From positions 68,465 to 132,464 of the forward strand of contig JAQTNW010000001.1 in assembly GCA_028713655.1 (NCBI GenBank): a stretch of DNA of 64,000 nucleotides, read 5' to 3'. The notes below the pieces were generated by a model. It was not told the DNA's origin and made no database searches. It worked only from the letters and a program-made list of their open reading frames with translations. Positions within the stretch are counted from its first letter, which is position 1. Each line of letters opens with the position of its first letter. The stretch comes from Candidatus Methylacidiphilales bacterium (GTDB taxonomy: Bacteria; Verrucomicrobiota; Verrucomicrobiia; Methylacidiphilales; JAAUTS01). The position numbers were made by a program, and so were the translations under genes. Below, in pieces: positions 1-9,473 of this stretch.

Positions 1-674
1 GAGAAGAGCAAATGATGCCGGCTGTTTAAATCAACGACGGTACCGATGTTGAACGCCGTATTGTCGCTCCCACTGGTTTGCATGGCCGTCTGGTGATAGA
101 TTTCCGCGCCAACGAGAACGTTGGTCAAAACCTGTTTTTGTAACACTGCACCGGCAAATTTCCAATTTTGATTGCCGGCGCCGGAATTGATGCCGTAGCC
201 ACCGCCACCATAAGCCGTCCATGAACCCCAGCTTTTTTGCAGCCATAGCGGAAGGAATTCCTGCGGGCTGCCGTTACCAAGATTGTCTTTGGCGCTGCCG
301 GTGGAAACTTCCAGCAAAGGGCAAAACCCAACCTGCGGCATATACTTTGTTTCCTGGATAAAACGATACTTCACGCCCAACTCCGTATCGCCATAACCGT
401 AATGTGCGCTGCCCTGCCTCGGCGCGTTGTAAGCCAGAGGCGCGCCCAGATGAAGTTGCAGGTTGGGAATGGCGCCATAATTTAATTCCATGCGCGGTGC
501 AGTGCCGAACCAATCACCGGCAGTACTGAAGTTTTGGGATGCCAGATAAAATTCCCAATGTTGATATTCTCCAGGCTCCGGATCGTCCGTGACAAAAGGA
601 GACCCCGCCAGCACTTCCATCGTGCAGAGGCTTAACAGCAGAACCATGAGAAATCCCGTCTGGATTCTTGGCAT
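1..674 (-). CDS. putative outer-membrane beta-barrel protein with signal peptide (3' end outside window)
   Basis: Manual minus-strand translation from the ATG at 674..672 stays open to the window edge; it is missing from the ORF track because there is no stop in the window. N-terminus MPRIQTGFLMVLLLSLCTMEVLAGSPFVTDDPEP looks like a signal peptide, followed by G/Y/W-rich segments typical of beta-barrel OMPs. Family assignment (MetA-pathway/transporter-like OMP) is unverified. Confidence 0.5.
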   Translation of the reverse strand, partial: MPRIQTGFLMVLLLSLCTMEVLAGSPFVTDDPEPGEYQHWEFYLASQNFSTAGDWFGTAPRMELNYGAIPNLQLHLGAPLAYNAPRQGSAHYGYGDTELGVKYRFIQETKYMPQVGFCPLLEVSTGSAKDNLGNGSPQEFLPLWLQKSWGSWTAYGGGGYGINSGAGNQNWKFAGAVLQKQVLTNVLVGAEIYHQTAMQTSGSDNTAFNIGTVVDLNSRHHLLF

Positions 675-778
675 GGCTCTAATCATCAGAAAATTTTTCA
701 GTAAAACAAGGCTTCACCCTTCACTTATATCCATGCAAGCCATGTGCTCCTCGGGTGATCAAACAACCACCTAGGCCA

Positions 779-852
779 TGCGCCCGTGCAGAGTCGAACT
801 GCAAACCTTCTGATCCGTAGTCAGATGCTCTATCCAATTGAGCTACGGGCGC
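779..852 (-). tRNA. tRNA-Arg (anticodon ACG)
   Basis: Minus-strand cloverleaf: GCGCCCG TA GCTC AATTGGATA GAGC A TCTGA CTACGGA TCAGA AGGTT TGCAG TTCGACT CTGCA CGGGCGC A. All four stems pair; anticodon loop CT-ACG-GA; CCA not encoded. Confidence 0.9.
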
Positions 853-1001
853 GTGAAAGAGTGAAGATCATAGGCAAAGCCGCCCCCTCCGCGCAACCCT
901 CAAAATCAAGGTTTTTACCACTAGCCCGGATGCCTCACGCGCTTCTGCAAATCCTTGCGGAGTGTTTAGTCAAAAGGCGGGGCAAAATGGCGGGATGACA
1001 A

Positions 1002-1175
1002 GATCCGGGCTACAAGCAAAACCGCTTGAATTGAAAATTCGTTTTGAAATGGAACTTCCTTATTTTGAAGCGGTTTTGCAAGAGCCTGCTTATCTCCGGC
1101 CTTTTTCCTTCCACCCATGAATGAAAAGACTAGAGGGTGAATTTTCATGACGCATGTGAGATAAGCAGGCTGGGA
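1002..1175 (+). repeat. dispersed intergenic hairpin repeat, family A copy (with a fragment of family B at its 5' edge)
   Basis: Shares aaaaccgc.tgaat...ttttgaa.tggaac..ccttat.ttga.gcggttttgcaagagcctgcttatc with 49001-49153, 58181-58255 and (reverse complement) 7171-7252. Internal inverted arms agcctgcttatctc / gagataagcaggct. Confidence 0.75.
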
Positions 1176-1179
1176 AAAT

Positions 1180-2670
1180 TTAGACGGATGCCGCCTTCAA
1201 TTCTTCCACGAGCACTTCAAGCCGGCTGGAGGAGGCCTGCAAATCCACGGTTCCGCCTGCTGCCCGGATTGCTTCGCTGGTCGCGGGACCGATGCTTGCC
1301 GCGCGCAACCCTTTCGGCCAGGCGTTCCCGGCCAGCTTTGAAAAATGGTTCACAGCCGAAGCGCTGCAAAACAAAATCCAATCCGGCAAGCCGGGTTCAA
1401 AAATTTCCCGGAACCGTTCCCGGGCGTTTGCGGCTTCAACCGTGCGATACACCACCAGTCGTCCGGCCTTCCAGCCTGCGCCAGCCGATTCAGGAAAGGG
1501 CAGGGGTTCCGCCTTGTCGCCGCAAACATGCAATACGGTCCCCGCGTCTTGCCGGTTCGGCCATTCTTTTACCAGAGCCTGCGCCGTATGCGTCCAGGGC
1601 ACGAAATCAGTCTTGAGGCCATATCGGCCGAGGGCTTGCGCGGTCGCCGGTCCGACTGCTGCGATTTTGACCGGGCCGAGGCTGCGGATATCGTGACTCT
1701 CAAGCCAGAGGCGCAAAAAATGTTCGACTCCGTTTGCGCTTGTAAAAACCAGCCAGTCGAATTTTCCCGGCAGGCCATCGGGAATCCGCGCGCCGGGCAT
1801 TTCCCGAATTTCAATCAAGGGCAACTCCGCCACCTCCGCGCCTTGGGCCTGCAATAATCCGCGCAGCCGGCTGTTTTGTTCCCGGGTCCGGGTCACGACG
1901 CAGCGTTTGCCCGCCAGGGGGCCCGGGCGGAACCATTGCAGTTTGTCGCCCATCGCCGCCACGGCGCCGACGACGATAATCGCGGGCGCGCCGAGTTTCT
2001 GCTTCGCTACCGCTTCCGGGAGGGTTTCCAGAGTAGCCACGATGCTGCGTTGCTTTGCCGTGGCGCCCCATTGGACGAAGGCCGCCGGGGTTTTCGGATC
2101 TTTCCCGAATCCGATCAGATTTTTTGAAATGTTAGGCAGGTTGCGTACCCCCATGTAAATCACGAGCGTGCCGTCGATTTGCGCGAGCAGTTTCCAGTCC
2201 GCCTCGCCGGATTCCTTGGGGCATTCGTGACCCGTGACAAAAACAACCAGGCCTGAATAATCGCGGTGGGTGAGGGGAATGCCGGCATAGGCGGGCGCCG
2301 CGATGCCCGAAGTGATGCCGGGAACCACTTCAAACCTGAGCCCTGCCTCGGTCAGGGCTTCCGCTTCCTCGCCGCCGCGGCCGAACGTGAAGGGGTCGCC
2401 GCCCTTTAAGCGCAGGACGGTTTTGCCCGCCCGGACCTGTTCGAGGATCAGCCGGTTGATGTCGGGCTGTTTCATCTCGTGGCGGCCCGCGCGTTTGCCG
2501 GCATAGATTTTTTGGGCGCAGGACGGCGCCAGGGAGAGCACGCTCCCGCTGATCAGGTTGTCATAGATGATGGTGTCGGCGGATTGCAGTATTTCCAGGG
2601 CCCGCAGTGTCATCAAGGCGGGGTCTCCGGGTCCGGCGCCGGTGAGATAGCAGATGCCGCCGCTGTTCAT
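1180..2670 (-). CDS. cobA: uroporphyrinogen-III C-methyltransferase fused to uroporphyrinogen-III synthase (CobA/HemD)
   Basis: The 632-aa track ORF is trimmed to the internal ATG at 2670 (MNSGGICYLTGAGPGDPALMTL...). SUMT motifs GAGPGDP and LKGGDPFTFGRGGEE are present. The C-terminal ~240 aa is HemD-like. The start overlaps the hemC stop by 4 nt. Confidence 0.85.
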   Translation of the reverse strand: MNSGGICYLTGAGPGDPALMTLRALEILQSADTIIYDNLISGSVLSLAPSCAQKIYAGKRAGRHEMKQPDINRLILEQVRAGKTVLRLKGGDPFTFGRGGEEAEALTEAGLRFEVVPGITSGIAAPAYAGIPLTHRDYSGLVVFVTGHECPKESGEADWKLLAQIDGTLVIYMGVRNLPNISKNLIGFGKDPKTPAAFVQWGATAKQRSIVATLETLPEAVAKQKLGAPAIIVVGAVAAMGDKLQWFRPGPLAGKRCVVTRTREQNSRLRGLLQAQGAEVAELPLIEIREMPGARIPDGLPGKFDWLVFTSANGVEHFLRLWLESHDIRSLGPVKIAAVGPATAQALGRYGLKTDFVPWTHTAQALVKEWPNRQDAGTVLHVCGDKAEPLPFPESAGAGWKAGRLVVYRTVEAANARERFREIFEPGLPDWILFCSASAVNHFSKLAGNAWPKGLRAASIGPATSEAIRAAGGTVDLQASSSRLEVLVEELKAASV

Positions 2671-3569
2671 GATAAAATCTGATCGGCCAGCCGTTTTCCG
2701 AGGTCTGCGGCCATCAGGGCGCTGCCGCTGGTTGTTTTTCGGATGCCGGGGCTTCCCTCGGCCTTGTAAAAGACAGCGCTCAGGTGCAGGCAAACCCCGT
2801 CGTAAATCCGCGCCAGGGCGCCGACGGGAGCGTGGCAGCCGGCCCCGAGTTTTTCCAAAAAAGCCCGTTCCGCCAGGACGCGGACCATGCTTGGGCGGTG
2901 GGAAATCCGCTCGATAAGGCGGCGGGTTTCGGAATCCGAATTGCGCGCCTGTAAAGCGATAGCGCCTTGACAGGGCGCCGGCAATATGAAGGAAGTGTCG
3001 AGCGGGGACACCAGGAGGCCCTTGACATCGGGCCGCAGCCGTTCCAGTCCGGCATGGGCCAGCAGAATGCCGTCCCAATCATGATTTTCCCGCAGCTTGC
3101 GGATCCGCGTGTCGATGTTCCCGCGCACGGGCACGAAGCGGGCCTTGGGGTGGCGTTCCTGCCACTGGTAACGTCGCCGCAGGCTGCCGGTGGCCAGCAG
3201 GGGTTCCGGTTTTTTGAGCAGGACATCCAGCGGCTCGCGCGAGATCACGACATCATGCACGGGCGCCCGGGTGAGAACTCCGGACAAACCGAGGCCGTCC
3301 GGCATTTCCACTCCCAAATCCTTCGCGCTATGCACCGCCAGATCGACCCGGTTTTCCAAAAGGGCTTCTTCGATTTCCTTGGTAAAGATGGCCTTGGTTG
3401 ATTCCGCGGGTTTGTCGTCCGACACCTGCATGCGGTCCCCGGAGGTGGTGATCACCACCGTCTCAACGCGCAAGTCCGGCCAGGCTTCCGTTAGCAATCT
3501 GCTAGTCATCGCCGCCTGTGTCAGCGCCAATGCGCTTCCTCTTGTCCCAATTCTTATTGTTTTGTTCAA
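2667..3569 (-). CDS. hemC: hydroxymethylbilane synthase (porphobilinogen deaminase)
   Basis: 300-aa ORF with N-terminus IRIGTRGSALALTQA and the cofactor-Cys region LGAGCHAPVGALA, both typical of HemC. Sits in an operon with cobA/hemD. Confidence 0.9.
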   Translation of the reverse strand: MNKTIRIGTRGSALALTQAAMTSRLLTEAWPDLRVETVVITTSGDRMQVSDDKPAESTKAIFTKEIEEALLENRVDLAVHSAKDLGVEMPDGLGLSGVLTRAPVHDVVISREPLDVLLKKPEPLLATGSLRRRYQWQERHPKARFVPVRGNIDTRIRKLRENHDWDGILLAHAGLERLRPDVKGLLVSPLDTSFILPAPCQGAIALQARNSDSETRRLIERISHRPSMVRVLAERAFLEKLGAGCHAPVGALARIYDGVCLHLSAVFYKAEGSPGIRKTTSGSALMAADLGKRLADQILS

Positions 3570-3600
3570 TGGGTGGTCTTGTTGTTATTTCGATTCCATC

Positions 3601-4161
3601 CTATCGGGGATCGATTTTCTTTCCAAGCAGGGTGCCGACCAATTCTTGCAGAGGACGATAATCCTTCAAGTCTTCCCATCGGCCCGCTTCCGCGCCGTTC
3701 AAATCAAAAACAAGGACCCGCATCGTTTTGGTTGGTTTTTCCCAGCCCAGTTGGTGGCAGATATCCCCTTTGAAATCCGCAACCGCGCTCACATCGAGCC
3801 TTGAGTCGCGGCGGCTTCCATTTTTCAAATAAAACGGATGGATGCGCTCCGCCTCCCGGTCCAGGTCCCGAATCATTCGCCGCTGGGCGTAGCCGGGCGC
3901 CCAGTTGGCAAGCGAGCTCCGAAGATCCACCAGCACCACGGACCTGAAATTCTCCAGGCCCTGGAAGGAATCGACACTTTTGCCAGCCGCGCGTGTCTGG
4001 TCCTGGACGGACTGGTTGCTGTACAAAATGACCGTGACCTGATTTTTTGCGTTCAAGACCCGGACTCTGCCGTCCACATCCGTCGCCTGGATGGGTGTCC
4101 CGGCCCGGAGCATGCCGTGCATGGACAGAAGGCAGAATCCTATTATTAAAAATCGTTTCAA
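3601..4161 (-). CDS. hypothetical secreted protein
   Basis: 186-aa ORF with signal-peptide-like N-terminus MKRFLIIGFCLLSMHGMLRAG. Its start overlaps the rlmI stop by 4 nt. No family recognised. Confidence 0.6.
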   Translation of the reverse strand: MKRFLIIGFCLLSMHGMLRAGTPIQATDVDGRVRVLNAKNQVTVILYSNQSVQDQTRAAGKSVDSFQGLENFRSVVLVDLRSSLANWAPGYAQRRMIRDLDREAERIHPFYLKNGSRRDSRLDVSAVADFKGDICHQLGWEKPTKTMRVLVFDLNGAEAGRWEDLKDYRPLQELVGTLLGKKIDPR

Positions 4162-5309
4162 CCCAGCACCTCCATAATAAATCCCCGCAGATATTCGCTT
4201 TCAGGCACATTTAATAAAACCGGATGATCGTCCGGTTGTCGGCATAATTCCAGCATCCGCACGGTGCGGCCGGCGTCGGCTGCCGCCTCGGCCAGCATTT
4301 GAAAATAGTGGTCGTGCGAGACATGGTGGGAACAGGAATAGGAGGCCAGGATGCCTCCCGGTGACAAGCGCTGGAAGGCGCGCAAATTCAGTTCCTTGTA
4401 ACCCCGCATCGCTTCCGGCAATTTTTCGCGGCTTTTTGCAAACGCGGGCGGGTCCAGAATGATCACGTCCCATGTTTTTTTTCGTTCGCGCTTGAAATAA
4501 TCGAAGACATTTTCCGCCAGGAATTTCGCATTCAAATTGTTATGGGCCGCGTTCTTTTCCGCCAGTGCGACGGCGTCGGAGGAAGCGTCGATCCCCAGCG
4601 CCTCCGAAGCGCCGGCTTTGGCGGCGTGGAGCGCAAAGCCGCCCTGGTTGCAGAAGGCATCCAGCACGCGTTTCCCGGCGCAATACCCGGCCACTTTGGA
4701 ATATTCCTTGCGCTGGTCGAGGTAGAAGCCCGTCTTTTGGCCGCCTGCCAGGTCCAGCCAGAACTCAATCTCGCCGATCCGCGTCCAGCCGGCTTCCACC
4801 GGGCCGCCTGAAAGCATCCTCACTTCCAGTCCGAGGCCTTCCTTGCTGCGGACCGGAGCGTCATTTTTCAAGAGGATGGTTCCGGCGCCTGTCGCCTTGC
4901 GCAGAATTTCGCCGATTTGATCCGTCATCCGGTCCACTGCCAGTGTGAGGGCCTGTACCACCAGCACATTGTTATATTTGTCCACCACCAGGCCCGGAAT
5001 GAAATCGGACTCGGACCAGACCAGGCGCTGGACGGGTTCCGCGTTGCGGCGTTGAATGGCGGCCTGGATGGCCTGGGAAAGGCAGGCCCGGTCGAAATCG
5101 GTTTTTCCCGAAGAGAATTTTCTCCAGAGAATCTGTGAGGTTTGATTGTAGATTCCTGAGCCCAACAAGCGCCCGCGGGCGTCACGGCACTCGACCGCCC
5201 GCCCGTTCCAATCCGGCCCGAGCAATTCCTGTATCTCATTGGCATAGACCCAGGGATGACCCCGCAGCACCCTTGGGCGGTCGCCCGGTTTTAATTTCAA
5301 GGAAGGCAT
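4158..5309 (-). CDS. rlmI: class I SAM-dependent rRNA (cytosine-C5) methyltransferase, RlmI-like (PUA + MTase)
   Basis: 383 aa. N-terminus LKPGDRPRVLRGHPWVYANEI (PUA-like), SAM-binding region VLDAFCNQGGFALHAA, and motif IILDPPAFAKS. Confidence 0.8.
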   Translation of the reverse strand: MPSLKLKPGDRPRVLRGHPWVYANEIQELLGPDWNGRAVECRDARGRLLGSGIYNQTSQILWRKFSSGKTDFDRACLSQAIQAAIQRRNAEPVQRLVWSESDFIPGLVVDKYNNVLVVQALTLAVDRMTDQIGEILRKATGAGTILLKNDAPVRSKEGLGLEVRMLSGGPVEAGWTRIGEIEFWLDLAGGQKTGFYLDQRKEYSKVAGYCAGKRVLDAFCNQGGFALHAAKAGASEALGIDASSDAVALAEKNAAHNNLNAKFLAENVFDYFKRERKKTWDVIILDPPAFAKSREKLPEAMRGYKELNLRAFQRLSPGGILASYSCSHHVSHDHYFQMLAEAAADAGRTVRMLELCRQPDDHPVLLNVPESEYLRGFIMEVLG

Positions 5310-5639
5310 TGAACTACGGATAGATTACCCGGCCCAACCCGTCGATGGAAAATCAAAGGGATTGTTCAGATGAATCGGTTGAGACGACTCGTCATCGCGA
5401 GGAGTCTTCGACGTGGCGATCCATGCCTTTCTCACCGGCCTATGCAGCTTCTGGATTGCCGCGTCGTCCCTGCGGGACTTCTCGCAATGACGCGGTTCAC
5501 AGGCGATGCCTATCGGAGTTGCGTGTTGTAAAAAGCCCAAAGCGGTGTCGCGCCTCCAGCTTGCCACCGCACTCCATATGCCGCGGTGCAATGAGAGATC
5601 TGGCTCGATTCCGACGGCGGGGTCCGTTAATTTTCGTCC

Positions 5640-6107
5640 ATGTGGAATCTATCTGTCGCGTGGTGGGAACTCATCGTTCGTGCGGTCATTATCTATGCCT
5701 TCCTGATTGTCTTGCTGCGCCTCAGCGGCAAGCGCCAGATCGGTCAGTTGGCCCCGTTTGACCTGGTGCTGCTGCTGGTTCTGAGCAATGCCGTGCAAAA
5801 TGCCATGAACGGCGGCGATAACTCGGTCCTCGGAGGGATTATTTCCGCCGGGACGCTGATTGCCCTGAATTATGGGGTCGGACGCATGACATTCAAAAAC
5901 AAAAAACTGGAAGAACTCATTGAGGGCCGCCCCGATGTATTGATTCACAACGGCGTATTGTTCAAGGAAGTGCTTGAAAAGGAGCAATTGACCCACCACG
6001 AACTGAACGCGGCTCTGCGCTCGGCAGGCTGTGCGGGTATCGAGGATGTCCATTTTGCATTCCTTGAAAACAACGGCCATATCACCGTCCAGCCCCGTCG
6101 GAAGTGA
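5640..6107 (+). CDS. DUF421 (YetF-like) membrane protein
   Basis: 155 aa with N-terminal TM helices and a conserved LSGKRQIGQLAPFDLVLLLVLSNAVQNA stretch typical of the DUF421 family. Confidence 0.7.
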   Translation: MWNLSVAWWELIVRAVIIYAFLIVLLRLSGKRQIGQLAPFDLVLLLVLSNAVQNAMNGGDNSVLGGIISAGTLIALNYGVGRMTFKNKKLEELIEGRPDVLIHNGVLFKEVLEKEQLTHHELNAALRSAGCAGIEDVHFAFLENNGHITVQPRRK

Positions 6108-6305
6108 GGTGGCTTTGCTTATCCCCTTGATCAGGGGAAAGCGTTCTTCCTGTAAAGTGCGTTTTGCTTTCCTTCGGGGCGCATTCAAATCAGGGAAAAG
6201 GGGGCAAAAGGCCGGAAGGAATAAGTTATTAACACATTTTTTGCCTCGACAGGCAGTTTTGGGTTGATAATTTCTTAGATTGGAGGGTTTCCATCACAGC
6301 ACAGC

Positions 6306-6905
6306 TTGGGAACCATTGTTATGTCGGCTGAAGGAAAAGGGATCTTTCTATTACGGAACGGCTTACAGACCGGGCCATTTGCCGAGTCTGAAATCCGCAG
6401 GTACTGGGGTTATGGGTCGGTTACTTCCGAGGATTTGATCTGGGTGCAGGGCATGGCGGATTACATCACGGTGGGCGAATACTTTGCATTCCACAACCAG
6501 CGGCTGGCTACCCAGGCGCCGACGAAGCTGGTGATCCACGCCAACAGCCCGGATTGGCAGCCTGACGACGAGCTTCCCGAGGGATCGGGTTGGCAGATGC
6601 CGCCCTGGATTTTTCAACTGGTTTGCTGGATTTTATTATTGTTGGCGACAGCGATTTGGCTTTCATTTCCCACGGCGGGCTGGGTGGCGGTCGGTGTTTA
6701 CGCCCTTTCCCTGATTTTGGCAATCACCCGTCTTTTTATCCAGCGTTCCGCGGGTGGTTGGATTGCGTTGACGGCGCATGTGGCTGTTGCGGTGTTTTTG
6801 TGGTTTTATGTGCTGCCCGGGCGCGGGGCGGAAAAATCGGACGTGCGCACTCCGGTTTCAAGCAGCCACTGGAGCGATTCCGCGAACGGCGGATCGAAGT
6901 CCTAG
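6306..6905 (+). CDS. GYF_2 (DUF4339)-like domain membrane protein
   Basis: 199 aa. N-terminus IFLLRNGLQTGPFAESEIRRYWGYGSVTSEDLIWVQGMADYITVGEYF resembles GYF_2 domains, followed by 3-4 TM helices. Alternative ATG at 6321. Confidence 0.6.
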   Translation: MGTIVMSAEGKGIFLLRNGLQTGPFAESEIRRYWGYGSVTSEDLIWVQGMADYITVGEYFAFHNQRLATQAPTKLVIHANSPDWQPDDELPEGSGWQMPPWIFQLVCWILLLLATAIWLSFPTAGWVAVGVYALSLILAITRLFIQRSAGGWIALTAHVAVAVFLWFYVLPGRGAEKSDVRTPVSSSHWSDSANGGSKS

Positions 6906-7345
6906 CCTGCATATTTCATACTCATTTCAATGGTCAACCCGTTAGCGCCGGGACGTAACAGCGGAAAGACACGCGCCGGGTCTATGCAGGCTATGTAACC
7001 CGGATGTCGCCGCACCCTCGGTTCCTGCCACACTTTGGAGCAGGACACTTTGCTGAGGTTTTCAGAAGCGTGTGAATCATCCGGGCTAGCCTGCATATTT
7101 CATACTCATTTCAATGGTCAACCTGTTAGCGCCGGGACGTAACAGCGGAAAGATACGTACTGGGCATATGCAGGTTATTGCAAAACCGCCTCCAAATAAG
7201 GCAGTTCCAATTCAAAAATCAAAACAAAATACCCATTCAGGCGGTTTTGCTTGTAACCCGGATGTTCCTGCACCCCAGTTCCTGCCACACTTTGGAGCAG
7301 GACACTTTGCTGAGGTTTTCAGAAGCGTGTGAAACATCCGGGCTA
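6903..7345. repeat. tandem duplication (unit about 183 bp; the second unit carries an inserted family A copy) containing two family B hairpin elements
   Basis: 6903-6975 is repeated at 7086-7160 (ctagcctgcatatttcatactcatttcaatggtcaacc.gttagcgccgggacgtaacagcggaaaga). 6997-7090 is repeated at 7253-7345 (cccggatg...cctgccacactttggagcaggacactttgctgaggttttcagaagcgtgtgaa.catccgggctagc). 7171-7252 is family A in reverse orientation. Confidence 0.85.
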
Positions 7346-7409
7346 GCATCCCGTTTGCCCGCGAAAAACGCGGAAAAATCAACGACGGATAACACGGATG
7401 GATACGGAT

Positions 7410-7520
7410 GAGCCGCTTGCTCTTGCTCAAACTCCATCTCCAACTTTCCGAAAGCAGCACGTTTTATACAGGAAGATCGCGAAGATCACAAAGTGAAGGC
7501 ATTTTTAACCGCAGATCACG
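7410..7520. repeat. dispersed repeat family C, copy 1
   Basis: gagccgcttgctcttgctcaaactccatctccaactttccgaaagcagcacgttttatacaggaagatcgcgaagatcacaaagtgaaggc matches the reverse complement of 13071-13168 with few mismatches. Confidence 0.8.
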
Positions 7521-7577
7521 CAGATTTCCGAGCTTAAAACTTTAAACTTAAGACCTAAAACTCTGCGCCGCATAAAG

Positions 7578-8219
7578 TCATTGCGGCCCGGCCTGTTCAA
7601 TCCTGTGAAGCCGGGGGCCGACTGTTTTTTCGGCGAACTTCATCGATTTGAACAGCAGCCAGTAAAATCCAACGACGGCAACGAGCGTGACGCCTGCGGT
7701 GGCCCAATGATGCGAGCGCATCCGATCCGACTTCGGGGCAAATGCAATCACGCCAAAGAGGCTGAGAACCACTATCGCGGCGTCAAAACTTGCCCGCTGC
7801 CAATAGCTTCCACCGAGATGCAGCCACATGCCAAATTCATCAAAGGTCAACGCCATGCCGACTCCATAGACGAAGCCGCAAAGGTTGCGTTCCCTATCGG
7901 TCAAATTCCCGGCGAAAAGCAAAAGTGCGCCTATGGCTGAAAGCAGAAAGATACCGTAGTTCAGGTGGTGGACGTGGGTGCCGCCCAGATGCAGGAACAG
8001 ATCAGGCGCCTTCCTGGCCATGATCAGAATGACCAACATGCGGGAAGCGATAAAAGTCAGGAGGAATGACGTGAACACGATCCGGGCAATCCTCCTTTTG
8101 GGAGAGGCCGGTGCTGAGGGGGAGGGGATGCTCATCCAGGTGATTCTAGGAGAGTGAGCACGGCTGGCAATGACAGTATGAAGCCCCCAAGAGGCGTACC
8201 AACCCTGTTCCTGTTTCAA
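7578..8219 (-). CDS. hypothetical integral membrane protein
   Basis: 213-aa ORF with 4-5 hydrophobic helices. A more likely start is the ATG at 8135 (MSIPSPSAPASPKRR...). No family recognised. Confidence 0.6.
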   Translation of the reverse strand: MKQEQGWYASWGLHTVIASRAHSPRITWMSIPSPSAPASPKRRIARIVFTSFLLTFIASRMLVILIMARKAPDLFLHLGGTHVHHLNYGIFLLSAIGALLLFAGNLTDRERNLCGFVYGVGMALTFDEFGMWLHLGGSYWQRASFDAAIVVLSLFGVIAFAPKSDRMRSHHWATAGVTLVAVVGFYWLLFKSMKFAEKTVGPRLHRIEQAGPQ

Positions 8220-8228
8220 AAGGGAGCT

Positions 8229-9473
8229 TCAGCGGCTGAATTCCCGCACAGCTTCAAACATGGCCACGATGTTTTGTGGCGGGACATCGGGCAGGATGTT
8301 GTGGACCGTGTTGAATACAAAACCGCCGCCGGGCATGAAGATTTCCATCTGGCGTTTGACGTGATCCTTGACTTCAGCGGGCGTGCCGTTCGGCAGTACA
8401 TTCCGGGTGTCGCAGCCGCCACCCCAAAAGCAGATGTCCTTTCCGAAATCGGCCTTCAGTCCCCTGGGCTCCATTCCCATGCATATCGTTTGTACCGGGT
8501 TGATCACATCAAAACCCGCTTCGATCAGGTCGGGCATGACGGCGCGGATCGAACCGCACGAGTGCAGAAATGTTTTCATCCCGGAATGTTTATGAACATA
8601 ATCACACAGCATTTTGTGCCGGGGCTTGAACAACTTGCGGTAGGTGACGGGTGACATGAAAGGGCCTTCATTCGTGCCCAGATCATCGCCAAACCTGATA
8701 ACATCCGCCACATCGCCAACCGCATGGCACGCTTTCTCCAAAACCGCCATGTGGCGCTCCATGAGCGCGTCAAGCAACGCTTCCACCTTTTCCGGTTCCG
8801 CGACCAGATCCATGAGAAAGTTGTCCATGCGGCGCAAAAATGTCCCCCACTCGAAGAGATTGCAGCCGATGACAAGCATGAGCGCCCGGTCGCTGGTTCG
8901 ACGGAGTTCAAGCGCATTGGCCCTCAGGGTATCCCAAAATCCGGGGTCGTTTGCATGATCCCATGGACTGTGAGCGAGCGCAGCCCAGAGAATTCTGCTC
9001 ATTTCCGCGGGCAAATCGCGAAAATCCTCCGGGTAATCGTCGAGATAGGGAAAATAGGTCTGGTCAAAGAAGGTGCCGCGAGCAGGCATGCAGGCGATCT
9101 CGAGGCCGTCCTTCATCCGCACAATGAGTGAACCGTCCGCCTGCCGCTCAGGATGAAACCATCCGGGATACTGGGCCGTCTGGCCATCGGCGAGAGTTGT
9201 TGGCAGCCATGCGGCATCTTCCGTGTTGAAAGCGCGGCCGATGTCAACCACGTCCACGCCAAAGCGGTCGAGGATGAAATCCTCCGGTTGGGCGAGTTGC
9301 TGGACGACATCATAGACGCGCGTGTGCCCTTGTGTTAGGCCGAGATGGTTCTTGAGGTTGCCATAGGCGATGGCCGAGATGCCGGAACTCGGCGTTGCCC
9401 CCAGATCGACCGGCACGCGGTCGGGCTCCCGGTGCCCAATCGCCGCCATAATCCGTTCTTGTGAAGTCATCAA
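8229..9473 (-). CDS. uroporphyrinogen decarboxylase (URO-D) family protein (MtaA/CmuA-like methyltransferase/decarboxylase fold)
   Basis: 414 aa. N-terminus ERIMAAIGHREPDRVPVDLG and overall length resemble non-HemE URO-D-family enzymes. 4-nt overlap with the upstream gene. Confidence 0.65.
   Translation of the reverse strand: MMTSQERIMAAIGHREPDRVPVDLGATPSSGISAIAYGNLKNHLGLTQGHTRVYDVVQQLAQPEDFILDRFGVDVVDIGRAFNTEDAAWLPTTLADGQTAQYPGWFHPERQADGSLIVRMKDGLEIACMPARGTFFDQTYFPYLDDYPEDFRDLPAEMSRILWAALAHSPWDHANDPGFWDTLRANALELRRTSDRALMLVIGCNLFEWGTFLRRMDNFLMDLVAEPEKVEALLDALMERHMAVLEKACHAVGDVADVIRFGDDLGTNEGPFMSPVTYRKLFKPRHKMLCDYVHKHSGMKTFLHSCGSIRAVMPDLIEAGFDVINPVQTICMGMEPRGLKADFGKDICFWGGGCDTRNVLPNGTPAEVKDHVKRQMEIFMPGGGFVFNTVHNILPDVPPQNIVAMFEAVREFSR

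Noticed and set aside
2671-3078. N-terminal 136-aa extension of the 632-aa track ORF (1180..3078)
   Set aside because: The extension is Arg/Pro/Gly-rich junk lying out of frame inside the well-supported hemC gene. The recognisable SUMT sequence begins at the ATG at 2670, which overlaps the hemC stop.
5490-5600. Sequence words (aaagcggtgtcgcg..ccaccgcactccata) loosely resembling 12990-13025 (aaagcgtcgtcgtgccgccgcagtccaaaa)
   Set aside because: The similarity is short and gapped. I cannot establish a repeat family from two weak matches within this window.
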